Source: Candidatus Woykebacteria bacterium RBG_13_40_15
Lineage (GTDB): Bacteria; Patescibacteriota; Microgenomatia; Woykebacterales; RBG-16-39-9b
NCBI GenBank assembly: GCA_001816655.1
Contig: MHCP01000015.1
Coordinates: 6,485-70,484 of the forward strand
Length of the DNA stretch: 64,000 nucleotides
Reading direction: 5' to 3'
Shown here: piece after piece, positions 36,713 to 47,605 of the stretch
How the letters are laid out: each line of letters starts with the position of its first letter
Numbering within the stretch: position 1 is the stretch's first letter
Made by a program: the position numbers and the translations under genes
Notes under the pieces: model-generated
Databases searched by the model: none
What the model was told of the DNA's origin: nothing
Seen by the model: only the letters and a program-made list of their open reading frames with translations

Positions 36713-39165
36713 TTACGTGGCCACTGTGCGAGCATTACACTTTTCCCACCGGTGTTTGATAGTTTTTGCCAAAGTTCCTCAGTTATAAAAGGCATGAATG
36801 GGTGCAATAATATTAGAGAATTTTCAAGTACGTATTCCAACACTGGCTGACTTTCCTTTCTCCGCAATTTACTTTTTTCTATATAAATGTCTGCAAATTT
36901 GTGCCAGACAAAATCGTAGATCTCATCAGAAGCAAGGTGGAGCTGGAGACCTTGTAAATTCTTAGTAACCTTCCCACTTGTTTTATCCAACTCGGTTTTT
37001 ATCCACTTATCATCTTTGTGAGCGAATCTTAGGTTACCTACAGGATCTTTCGGCTTTAACTCCAAGATGTATCTTGCGATGTTTCTGAGCTTCGTTCCAA
37101 AATTCCTGAAGTTTTTTCCTCTAGTATCTAGACTTTCCCTTGAAACCCTGCCATCCCTACCCGGAACAGCATAGGTATAAAGCGCCATTCTTGTTGCATC
37201 GGTTCCCCACCGCTCGATTAAATAGCTTGGTTCGATACCGTTTCCCAATGACTTTGAAAATTTACGACCTTGTAAATCTCTCAACATCCCATGAAAAAAC
37301 ATCTGTTTAAAAGGAATCTCCTTCATAAAGTATTTTCCAAGCATAATCATTCTGGCAATCCAAAGAAATTTAATCTCAGGCGCAGTTATCTCAAAATCCC
37401 AGGGGAAATAACGTTCAAGCGCTCTAGTTTTTTCAGGCCATCCTAAAGTGGAGAGAGGCCAAAGCCCTGAGGAAAACCAGGTATCTAAAACCTGCTCGTC
37501 TTGGGTTAGCTTTGAACCGCCGCATCGAGGACACGTTTCTGGTGGATCGGAAGATACAATTACTTCCCCACACCCCGTGACTTTCCTATTTACGGGCTCA
37601 AATTTATAACTGTATATAAAAGCTAGCGTGTTCTCGTTTACATCAAAATTCTTGTTATGTTTTTGTAGAGCCGCAATCAATTCTTCGCGTTTTTGATAAA
37701 CCGCCCCATAAGCAGGGTCATGTAGTGGCAATTTGCCGACGGCGGTCTCGCTAACAGCAGTGATAGTGCCAAAACCGATGATTTTATTAGTCCCGCTTTG
37801 ATGAAAGGCAGCTCTGTCTCCGACTTTATACCAGTGGTTCTTTAGGCGGTAGGTTTTGGTTTTCCCGGTGTAAAGTTGAGGCACAACGCCTTCATAAAAA
37901 CCCAAGGGTCTAGCTAACCCCTTTCCTAAACCACAATACCAAACCGGGATGCGGTGACCCCACCAAAGAGACCTTGAAATACACCAATCGTGGATATTTG
38001 ATAACCAATCATTGAGAATTTTGGAATACCCCTTAGGTAAAAAATTTATTTCGTTACCACTTATCGCTTTGATTGCCCCCTTAGCTAGATTATTAACTTT
38101 AACAAACCACTCCTCCGATACCAGAGGTTCGACAGTGCTTTTACAGCGATCACAAACAGCAACATTGTGAACATAATCCTCTTCCTTAACCAGAATTCCC
38201 TTTTCTTTAAGTTCTGGAATCATTGCTGCTCGGGCCTCTTCAACCTTCATTCCAGCAAATTTCCCAGCGACCTCTGTTAATCTACCATTTTTATCTATCA
38301 CCCGAATTATTGGAAGGTTGTGCCTTTTCCCAATTTCATAATCTTCAAAATCATGGGCTGGGGTAACTTTTACAACACCCGTCCCAAAGTTTGGATCCAC
38401 TGCCGGATCCGCAATCACCTTCATTTTCTTCGGTCCGGCGAGAGTTTGGATTTCAAATTCCTTTCCAACGAAGTCTGTATATCTTTTATCGCCAGGGTTT
38501 ACAGCCATTGCAGTATCGCCAAACTTTGTTTCCGGGCGAACAGTTGCGAGTGTTAGTGGCCCGTATTTAAGAAAGTAAAGCTTCTCTTTTCTCTCCTCAT
38601 ATTCTAATTCAGCATCCTCTATTGCCGTGTTACATCTCGGACACCACTGCACTATATAAGGCCCTTTGTAGAGTAGCCCTCTGTCCCAATAAGTTTTAAA
38701 CTCTTCAAAAACCGCCTTAGCTGGACCTGGGTCTAGTGAAAAAACTTCCCTGGACCAGTCGGCCGAAAGCCCCATAAATCGCCATGTTGAAGAAACTCCC
38801 TTGTATACCTTGTCTTTAAATTCCCATGCCCTTTTTAACCACTCTTCACGGCCTAGCTTTTCCTTGGAAAGCCCTTGTTTTTTTAGCTCCCTGTTGAAAG
38901 TTGCTTCAAACAAAATCCCTGCATGATCAACACCCGGCAAAAGCAAAACATCAAACCCCTGAAGCCGCTTGAATCGGGCAATAGCATCCAAGATCGTATG
39001 CTGCATTGCATGGCCGAGATGAAGCCCACCGGTTAAATTAGGTGGTGGTATTAGCAGCGAATAAGGTTTTTTTGGAGAGTTCGGGGCCGCTTTGAAAAGA
39101 CCTTTTTTCTCCCAAAAAGAGTACCAGCTCGCTTCGGATTGTTTATGGTCATAAACTTTGTCCAT
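36709..39165 (-). CDS. valS: Valine--tRNA ligase with inserted ASCH-like domain
   Basis: PPPNLTGGLHLGH, DWCISRSLWWGHRIP, DTWFSSGLWP, KFSKSLGN. Confidence 0.96.
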   Translation of the reverse strand: MDKVYDHKQSEASWYSFWEKKGLFKAAPNSPKKPYSLLIPPPNLTGGLHLGHAMQHTILDAIARFKRLQGFDVLLLPGVDHAGILFEATFNRELKKQGLSKEKLGREEWLKRAWEFKDKVYKGVSSTWRFMGLSADWSREVFSLDPGPAKAVFEEFKTYWDRGLLYKGPYIVQWCPRCNTAIEDAELEYEERKEKLYFLKYGPLTLATVRPETKFGDTAMAVNPGDKRYTDFVGKEFEIQTLAGPKKMKVIADPAVDPNFGTGVVKVTPAHDFEDYEIGKRHNLPIIRVIDKNGRLTEVAGKFAGMKVEEARAAMIPELKEKGILVKEEDYVHNVAVCDRCKSTVEPLVSEEWFVKVNNLAKGAIKAISGNEINFLPKGYSKILNDWLSNIHDWCISRSLWWGHRIPVWYCGLGKGLARPLGFYEGVVPQLYTGKTKTYRLKNHWYKVGDRAAFHQSGTNKIIGFGTITAVSETAVGKLPLHDPAYGAVYQKREELIAALQKHNKNFDVNENTLAFIYSYKFEPVNRKVTGCGEVIVSSDPPETCPRCGGSKLTQDEQVLDTWFSSGLWPLSTLGWPEKTRALERYFPWDFEITAPEIKFLWIARMIMLGKYFMKEIPFKQMFFHGMLRDLQGRKFSKSLGNGIEPSYLIERWGTDATRMALYTYAVPGRDGRVSRESLDTRGKNFRNFGTKLRNIARYILELKPKDPVGNLRFAHKDDKWIKTELDKTSGKVTKNLQGLQLHLASDEIYDFVWHKFADIYIEKSKLRRKESQPVLEYVLENSLILLHPFMPFITEELWQKLSNTGGKSVMLAQWPRN

Positions 39166-39262
39166 TGTGACAAAGTATATAGTAAGTTAAAGACGCTTGC
39201 AATCTAGCGACCGGTTTAAATAAAACCGAAAGCAAGGGATATATTAAAAACCAAGTAGGAAA

Positions 39263-39913
39263 ATGTCCGCTCGTTTTGGTAAACTTATATTAATGGATGA
39301 AAATCTAAATTTCGATGTCTTAGCTGAGGATAATATTAGAATATTAGCAGTACCAAATGAGAACTTTAAGAAACCGCTATGCGTAATTTTGGTGGGCTAT
39401 CCAGGGGCAGGAAAAACCCATTTGGTAGAAAGATTAAAACAAAAATTTCCATTTACTGTTCTTTCTGAGGAAGATATGACTAGTTTTTTGTCCCCCCGAG
39501 CAACAATATTTAAGCGTGGCGCAGTTGAGGTTTTCAAATTAGCCCTAAAAACCATCGAACACTTATTAAAAAAAGGTAAGTCGTGTATTTATGACGCAAA
39601 TATTAAAACAAGGGAACAGCGGGATTTAATTAAAAAAGCAGTTGAATTTGCAGGAGGCAACTACCTGTTAGTTTTGGTAAATTACCCAAAGGAAGAATGT
39701 TACGAGCGAAGCCAAAAGCAAAACTTTGAAATAAGTAGAGGCGAGGCAAAAGGTTTTATAGTTGATAGGGATTTTTTCGAATTTGAAGTAGCTTCTACAC
39801 ACCTTCCCGCTCCTAATGAGCAACACATAGATTACGACGGGCAAAACGAAGAAGCCCCCCTCCAACTTTACCCAGTATTGGAAGAACGGTTCAAGCAGTC
39901 AGAGCAGTATTGA
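39263..39913 (+). CDS. P-loop kinase (AAA_33-like)
   Basis: GYPGAGKT, IYDAN...QR. Confidence 0.75.
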   Translation: MSARFGKLILMDENLNFDVLAEDNIRILAVPNENFKKPLCVILVGYPGAGKTHLVERLKQKFPFTVLSEEDMTSFLSPRATIFKRGAVEVFKLALKTIEHLLKKGKSCIYDANIKTREQRDLIKKAVEFAGGNYLLVLVNYPKEECYERSQKQNFEISRGEAKGFIVDRDFFEFEVASTHLPAPNEQHIDYDGQNEEAPLQLYPVLEERFKQSEQY

Positions 39914-40882
39914 TGGGTCGGGTTCCAGTTTGCTCCACGGAACAATTTTATAGTTGAAGTAGGCAGCTGCCGCGACCATAACCCCATTATCAACCGAAAG
40001 ATTAATCGGCGGAAAGAAGACTGGAATGGAAAGGCTTTTACCAGCCTCTTCTCTAAGTAGTTTGTTTGCGGCCACCCCTCCCCCAAAAACAATACTTTCC
40101 GCGGGCAGACTGGCGGAAGCTTTTTTAGCTTTTGTAATTAAAACTTCTACAACTGCTGCTTGAACACTGGCAGCAATATTATTGATATTATCGCTGAGAT
40201 TCTCCTCACCAATATTACTAACCAAACTAGTAACAGCCGTTTTAAGACCGCTGAATGAAAAATCATAATCAGGGGAGTTGAGTAGAGGCCTTGGAAGATT
40301 AAATTTTTGAGAATCACCTTGTATTGCTGCCTTTTCTATCGCAGGGCCGCCAGGATAGCCTAGGCGTAGAAGACGGGCTATTTTATCAAGAGACTCTCCT
40401 GCAGCATCGTCCCTGGTACCCCCGAGAGATTTATAATTTCCATGCCCCTGCATATAAACTAATTCCGTATGCCCGCCGGAGACTATAAGAGCAATGAGGG
40501 GAAATTTTGGTGGGGTTGTGTTTTCAATCCAGGTAGCATAAATATGAGAAATTAGATGACTCACTGGGATTAGTGGTTTTTTCCATACATAGGAAAGTGT
40601 TTTGGCAACTTCAACACCAACAATTAGTGAGCCATGTAGACCGGGACCGAAGGTAACTGCGATTGCATCGATTTGCTTTGAGGGAGGCTCTCCTAATACC
40701 TCAGTAACAACTGGAATTATTGTTTTGGTTTGCTCGCGCGCCGCGATCTCTGGTATTATTCCGCCAGACTTAGCGTGCAAAGGTAGGGAAGAAGCAAGGC
40801 TGCTGGAGATAACTTTAGTGCCGTTTTCGACAATGGCAACAGCCGTTTCGTCACAGGAAGTTTCTACACCTAGGATTTTCAT
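39899..40882 (-). CDS. tsaD: tRNA threonylcarbamoyltransferase TsaD
   Basis: GVETSCDET, HLISH, VSGGHT, DDAAGE, DNGVM. Confidence 0.97.
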   Translation of the reverse strand: MKILGVETSCDETAVAIVENGTKVISSSLASSLPLHAKSGGIIPEIAAREQTKTIIPVVTEVLGEPPSKQIDAIAVTFGPGLHGSLIVGVEVAKTLSYVWKKPLIPVSHLISHIYATWIENTTPPKFPLIALIVSGGHTELVYMQGHGNYKSLGGTRDDAAGESLDKIARLLRLGYPGGPAIEKAAIQGDSQKFNLPRPLLNSPDYDFSFSGLKTAVTSLVSNIGEENLSDNINNIAASVQAAVVEVLITKAKKASASLPAESIVFGGGVAANKLLREEAGKSLSIPVFFPPINLSVDNGVMVAAAAYFNYKIVPWSKLEPDPSILL

Positions 40883-40943
40883 ATTGCTTGCCTGTCCTGA
40901 GCCTGTCGAAGGATTTCAATCCCCAAAATTTTCATAAGCTTGG

Positions 40944-41483
40944 TTACTGCCCATAATGAACTGGCGGTTTTGGGGACCGCTTTCTTCTAGGTGACAATAA
41001 ATATTGGGCCGCGTCTGCGTCCAGATCAGTAAATTCATCCGCTTCAGCAATTAATTTGTTGGAAGCGCTAGGTTTAAAGGCCATAACTTCAACCCTGTGG
41101 CCCTGATTCCTTAAAAATTCCACAGCGTCTTTATAATCACCATCTCCGGAAACAAGAACCATTACATCCAATTTAGAAGAGAGGCGAATCATATCAATCA
41201 CGACCCCGACATCCCAATCCGCTTTCTTTTGCCCACCGGGAAAAACCTGAATATCCTTTACCTTTACTTCGAAGCCGGCTTTTTGTAGAGCATCAAAAAA
41301 AGATTGTTCTAGGGGTTCCTCAGCACGGACAACATAAGCGATCGCTCTAATTAGTTGTCGGCCACCAACAGCGTCTTCTAGTATTTTTCCAAAATTTACT
41401 TTAGATCCATAAAGATTTTTGGCCGAATAATACATATTTTGAACATCTACAAAAACCCCAACTCTTTGCGAAATGTTTTTCAT
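40944..41483 (-). CDS. NYN/LabA domain protein
   Basis: FVDVQN, KADWDV, VSGDGDY. Confidence 0.92.
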   Translation of the reverse strand: MKNISQRVGVFVDVQNMYYSAKNLYGSKVNFGKILEDAVGGRQLIRAIAYVVRAEEPLEQSFFDALQKAGFEVKVKDIQVFPGGQKKADWDVGVVIDMIRLSSKLDVMVLVSGDGDYKDAVEFLRNQGHRVEVMAFKPSASNKLIAEADEFTDLDADAAQYLLSPRRKRSPKPPVHYGQ

Positions 41484-41567
41484 TTCAATTCACCACCCTT
41501 CGACCAGTAATAATTGAAGAACTGATGCTGTTATGATAACATTTAGAGCAGTTTTTAGCGAGGATCT

Positions 41568-42446
41568 ATGAAAAAAGTTACAAAAGCAATAATCCCCGCG
41601 GCTGGTTTCGGAACTCGCTTTTTGCCACAAACAAAGGCAATGCCCAAAGAAATGCTCCCCGTGGTTGATAAGCCGGTTATTCAATATGTCGTTGAAGAGG
41701 TAGTAGCCTCTGGGATTTTCGACATTATTATCGTTACCGGGTCATCCAAAAGAGCAATCGAGGACCATTTTGATCGGGCCTATGATTTGGAATTTTTTCT
41801 TTCTCAGTCAGGAAAAGGAGATAAATTAGAGGAAATTCGTAAGATTGCCAATATGGCAAATTTTGTTTTTGTAAGTCAGAGGGGGCCATATGGAAATGCT
41901 GGGCCAGTTCTTAGTGCAAGCCACCTTATAGCGAAGGACGAACCATTTGCTGTTATTTGGGGAGACGAATTTATTTATGCGGACCCCCCACGCTTAAAGC
42001 AGCTGATTGATGTTTTTGAAAAATATCAAAAATCGGCAATTAGCGGAGTGAGAGTCGATAAAAAAGACCTTTCAAAATATGGGATATCAAAAATAGAATC
42101 AGTCGAGGATAATGTGTATAAGATATTAGACATCGTCGAGAAACCGACGCTGGAAGAGGCCCCTTCAAATTTAGCGACTCACGGGGCTTATATTTTTACC
42201 CCTAGTATGCTCGGTTACCTATCTGACTTGAAACCTGGGAAGGGTGGGGAGCTGTGGCTATCGGAAGCGATCGAGGCACTGCTAAAAAAAGAGTCGGTAT
42301 ACGCTGTAGAAATTAAAAACGGTAGGTATTACGATACTGGGGACAAACTTGGCTACCTAAAGACGATAATTGATTTCTCCATCGATCACCCTGAATTTGG
42401 GAATGAAATAAAAGAATATATAAAAGAAAAAGCTAGGGCTTTTTGA
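41568..42446 (+). CDS. galU: UTP--glucose-1-phosphate uridylyltransferase
   Basis: PAAGFGTRFLPQTKAMPKEMLP, VEKP. Confidence 0.93.
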   Translation: MKKVTKAIIPAAGFGTRFLPQTKAMPKEMLPVVDKPVIQYVVEEVVASGIFDIIIVTGSSKRAIEDHFDRAYDLEFFLSQSGKGDKLEEIRKIANMANFVFVSQRGPYGNAGPVLSASHLIAKDEPFAVIWGDEFIYADPPRLKQLIDVFEKYQKSAISGVRVDKKDLSKYGISKIESVEDNVYKILDIVEKPTLEEAPSNLATHGAYIFTPSMLGYLSDLKPGKGGELWLSEAIEALLKKESVYAVEIKNGRYYDTGDKLGYLKTIIDFSIDHPEFGNEIKEYIKEKARAF

Positions 42447-42452
42447 TCAGAC

Positions 42453-42481
42453 TTGACAAATAAACGGCTACCTTTTAAAAT
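42453..42481 (+). promoter_or_regulatory. Sigma70 promoter of groESL
   Basis: TTGACA-17-TAAAAT. Confidence 0.7.
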
Positions 42482-42541
42482 CTTGTCTTGCCCAAGTGCT
42501 CTGTTATCTGTACCACCTTTAATAAAAGCTAATAAAGAATT

Positions 42542-44492
<1,951 letters not shown>

Positions 44493-44632
44493 GCAGATAT
44501 CAGAAAGCAGACAGCAGTAAGCGTTAGAAGTAGGCCTTAGGAACCTCAAAGCCTGTAGTTCTCCACTCGTTTCGGATAATTTTGATCTTCCCATAAATTT
44601 TTAACTTGAGAAAAAATGTGAAAACTAGGACA

Positions 44633-44666
44633 GTCAGGGGAACCTCGGTTTGGAAGTTCCCCTGAC
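44633..44666. terminator. GC-rich hairpin between groEL and convergent orphan gene
   Basis: GTCAGGGGAAC/GTTCCCCTGAC 11-bp stem. Confidence 0.6.
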
Positions 44667-44677
44667 GAGTGCGTGAA

Positions 44678-45565
44678 CTAGCTTTTCTTGACTAGCTTGC
44701 CGTGCGGTCTCCAGGAGGAAGGCCGGCCTTGTGTTATGACCTCAACCATTCTTGTTGGCCACTCTGTCCCGAATTGTAGGAGACGGCCGAATCCGAGACG
44801 TAGGGCCGTAGGTTTGTCTGGAAGCAACAACGGAAGCTCCTCGGGGTTTATTTTCTCACCCTCCCTGTAGAAAGCTGCATGGTGCTTTACTGGGCAGACT
44901 AGCAGTACTCTCTTGAGGAAGAAGAATGCGACGAAATGGTCCTCTCTATTGAGGCAGCGGACCAAATAAGTCGCCTCTGGTGCTAAGCCCCAAGGTATGG
45001 TTAGTCGCTTAGGATCCGTGGCCGAGTGCTGTTGCCAGGTAAAGACACCCCAGTGCTTCGTATATACCCTCCCCTCACTGTCGATTTTCACCACTTCCAT
45101 CAGGTCTGGTACCGGAGCGCGGGTGAGCGGGCCGGTCCCAACTAGCGGCGGCTGGCGGATTGGGGGCAGATCGTCCAAATGGAGACAGCCGATAAAGGGC
45201 CGCTTCTCTGGCCAGGTTTCCATTCCTTCCACTGCCCCAAAAGGTAGTACCTCTCTTCCAAACAGGATTTCCGAACCCTGCTTGAAAGTTCCAAACGTCG
45301 CTCCGTTGTCAGGATTGGGAAAGCCGAATCTACCAGAGGGTGAAACTCGGCAAAACCGGGTTGGAAGGCGCGCTCTTAGACATCTCTGATAGTAAAGACG
45401 TTCCATCCATGTCGGGGCTTGACCAAGACTCTGAACAAGTTCCCAGACATCCGACTCCCCCAGTAGCCATAGCCTATAGCGAAGCTCAAGATCTTCATCG
45501 GGCATGATCAGTAGGTGTGCGCCACTTGATGTAACCAGGTGAAACGTTAATTTGGCGGGCGGCAT
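44678..45565 (-). CDS. 295-aa orphan protein, GC-richer than flanks
   Basis: SD AAGGAGGG before ATG; TTGACA upstream; no motif recognised. Confidence 0.7.
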   Translation of the reverse strand: MPPAKLTFHLVTSSGAHLLIMPDEDLELRYRLWLLGESDVWELVQSLGQAPTWMERLYYQRCLRARLPTRFCRVSPSGRFGFPNPDNGATFGTFKQGSEILFGREVLPFGAVEGMETWPEKRPFIGCLHLDDLPPIRQPPLVGTGPLTRAPVPDLMEVVKIDSEGRVYTKHWGVFTWQQHSATDPKRLTIPWGLAPEATYLVRCLNREDHFVAFFFLKRVLLVCPVKHHAAFYREGEKINPEELPLLLPDKPTALRLGFGRLLQFGTEWPTRMVEVITQGRPSSWRPHGKLVKKS

Positions 45566-45737
45566 GACGTTCCCTCCTTGGATTTGAACTCTCCTTAACT
45601 ACAATCTCCACTCCAACTGTTAAATATATTAAAACTTTTTTTGTAGCTGTCAAGCGGCTTTTAGCTAAAAAGTACCTTATTAATAAGCGAAGTTGAAAGT
45701 TGCAGATAAAACCATATTTATCTAAAATGTTATTGCT

Positions 45738-46223
45738 ATGGGGAAATTTGAGGCTTTGACACCAGAACAAGTAAGACAATTTGAAAAAGAAGCAGTTAAA
45801 AGATTTAACCACGAGGAAAACGATCATCCACATGTTGAACCCCAGGTGGGATCACTTGAGCTGGCCCGCTTTAAGGCCGTTTTTCCTTTCCAACTTTTTC
45901 CAGACGAGTTGATAGTCGAGGAAAAAAGAGTGATTTGGATTCATCGTTTTGGCCCACGAATGTGCGAGGTAATTACTCTTTTACCCTCCGATATAAATAG
46001 AGTCGAAGCTTCCACCGGCCCTCTCTTTGGCCATCTTCATGTCTCTATACCAAGGCACGATATTGAGATTCTTATCGACCGTCTTAAACGAAACGACGCT
46101 CTCTTTGCCCGTGATTTAATTGATGGTCTAGCTACAGCAGCCAGACAAAACCTAGCGATAGAAGGCGAAACTGCGCAAGAAAAAGTAGATTTTCTTCTCC
46201 GTCTTTCCCACGTGAGTGTCTAA
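45738..46223 (+). CDS. Hypothetical protein with PH-like domain
   Basis: AVFPFQLFPDELIVEEKRV...DINRVEASTGPLFG. Confidence 0.7.
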   Translation: MGKFEALTPEQVRQFEKEAVKRFNHEENDHPHVEPQVGSLELARFKAVFPFQLFPDELIVEEKRVIWIHRFGPRMCEVITLLPSDINRVEASTGPLFGHLHVSIPRHDIEILIDRLKRNDALFARDLIDGLATAARQNLAIEGETAQEKVDFLLRLSHVSV

Positions 46224-46226
46224 ACC

Positions 46227-46255
46227 TTGACCGAAAAAGCCCTAAATGATATAAA
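46227..46255 (+). promoter_or_regulatory. Promoter of retron-like unit
   Basis: TTGACC-17-TATAAA with extended -10 TG; predicted start falls at the 5' arm of the ncRNA. Confidence 0.7.
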
Positions 46256-46262
46256 GACACTA

Positions 46263-46388
46263 ACTTGGGCTAGAGCTTAAGTGGCCCCAAATTGGCCCGC
46301 ACCGTCAGATGGCTGACTGGTGTAAACGGGAAGGCTGGCGCCTCGTTCCCGGCGCGCGTTTACCAGCCCGAACTTGAGTAGCCCAAGT
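46263..46388 (+). ncRNA. Retron-like msr-msd ncRNA
   Basis: ACTTGGGCTA (46263-46272)/TAGCCCAAGT (46379-46388) perfect inverted repeat, G46273 directly after, internal hairpins. Confidence 0.78.
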
Positions 46389-46448
46389 GAGGATGGGGCT
46401 GCCGTACTAGCTAATAGCGCGGCAGCCCCTAGAAAATGGAGAGCGATA

Positions 46449-47432
46449 ATGAGATCAATAGAGCCAGTTATATTCTCCAGCGGAGAAGGACGATTCCCAG
46501 CGGAGGGTTTGGAGGTTGACTATAATAGGTTCGGATTCAACCCCCTAGTCTACCTCGGGTTCCTAATAGGTATACCAACAAGGTGGATCGATTACGTAAT
46601 AAAAATCGGTGCCGACAACTTCTACACCGAAGTTAGGATACCGAAAAAGGGTGGTGGGGTGAGGGTTCTTCAAGTACCCCTAGATCCCTTAATGGGTATT
46701 CAGAGAAGGATTCTTCGCAAGGTTCTAAGCCAACTAGAGCCCAAGAGCTCCTGCCACGGCTTTGTTACTGGTAGATCGATAATTACCAATGCCCAAGTCC
46801 ATGTCGGATCAACGCACATGCTTGTCCTCGATCTGGAAAGTGCATTTGATCAAGGCCTGTCTAGTCGAATCTTTAGAGAGCTCTGGGGAGAGAGGGTTGG
46901 CGAGAGGAGGCTTGGATTTCTGGTCGCCTCCTTGATAACACAGCTCTGTACAGTATACAGCGGGGATATTGGAGAACGGTACGGGTTTCGGCACCTTCCT
47001 CAGGGAGCACCAACCTCACCAGCGCTCTTTAATCTTGCTTGCCGTCCGTTGGATGGAAGACTGGACCACTTCGTATGGAGAATCGGTGGGGTTTACACAC
47101 GCTATGCGGACAACCTTGCTTTCTCCGTTCCTAGACAACTGACCCCCAAGGAGGAGCATATAATTCGGAAGATAGTAGATGGGAGTGGTTTCAGAGTTAA
47201 CGATGCCAAAACGAGGTTGATGCGCCAAAGCGGGCACTCGATCCTGCGTCTTCCAGGGGTCGCTATCAACAACGGAAGGATAATACTTCCCAAGAGGAAG
47301 AGAAAGCAGCTGCGGGCAGCAATTTACCTAGCCGCCTTGCATGGAGAGACAGATAGGCTTCGGGGACTAATAGGCTTTGTGGAGCAGGTGTACGGCCCCG
47401 AAGTCCCAAGACAAATAATCGGTAGTCACTAG
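46449..47432 (+). CDS. Retron-type reverse transcriptase (YADN variant)
   Basis: IPKKGGGVR, HGFVTGRSIITNAQVH, DLESAF, LPQGAPTSP, YTRYADN; ATG after GGAG (ORF-track TTG start lies inside the ncRNA). Confidence 0.92.
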   Translation: MRSIEPVIFSSGEGRFPAEGLEVDYNRFGFNPLVYLGFLIGIPTRWIDYVIKIGADNFYTEVRIPKKGGGVRVLQVPLDPLMGIQRRILRKVLSQLEPKSSCHGFVTGRSIITNAQVHVGSTHMLVLDLESAFDQGLSSRIFRELWGERVGERRLGFLVASLITQLCTVYSGDIGERYGFRHLPQGAPTSPALFNLACRPLDGRLDHFVWRIGGVYTRYADNLAFSVPRQLTPKEEHIIRKIVDGSGFRVNDAKTRLMRQSGHSILRLPGVAINNGRIILPKRKRKQLRAAIYLAALHGETDRLRGLIGFVEQVYGPEVPRQIIGSH

Positions 47433-47433
47433 T

Positions 47434-47464
47434 AGCGGGCTCGCTTCCACAAACCGAGCCCGCT
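47434..47464 (+). terminator. Hairpin immediately after RT stop
   Basis: AGCGGGCTCG/CGAGCCCGCT 10-bp stem, no U tract. Confidence 0.55.
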
Positions 47465-47605
47465 CACCGTAGTTAATATCCCATAATAATTATATATTCA
47501 AATTTATCTCTGACTTTGAATCAAATTACCCTTGCTTACTTCTTTACAAAAATTAACGAAAACTTTCCACCAAGGCCCTTTTATTTGCTACAATTAAATT
47601 GATAT

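Noticed and set aside
42482-42510. CIRCE element before groES
   Set aside because: Only a partial AGTGCT; no TTAGCACTC-N9-GAGTGCTAA.
46374-46448. ORF-track N-terminal extension of the RT (TTG start)
   Set aside because: It overlaps the a1 arm and a hairpin; ATG 46449 has a GGAG SD.
46449-47432. RT as DGR, group II intron or CRISPR-associated RT
   Set aside because: No TR/VR pair seen, no intron domain V/VI or maturase domain, no cas genes; NAxxH and a1/a2 favour a retron. An exhaustive repeat search was not possible.
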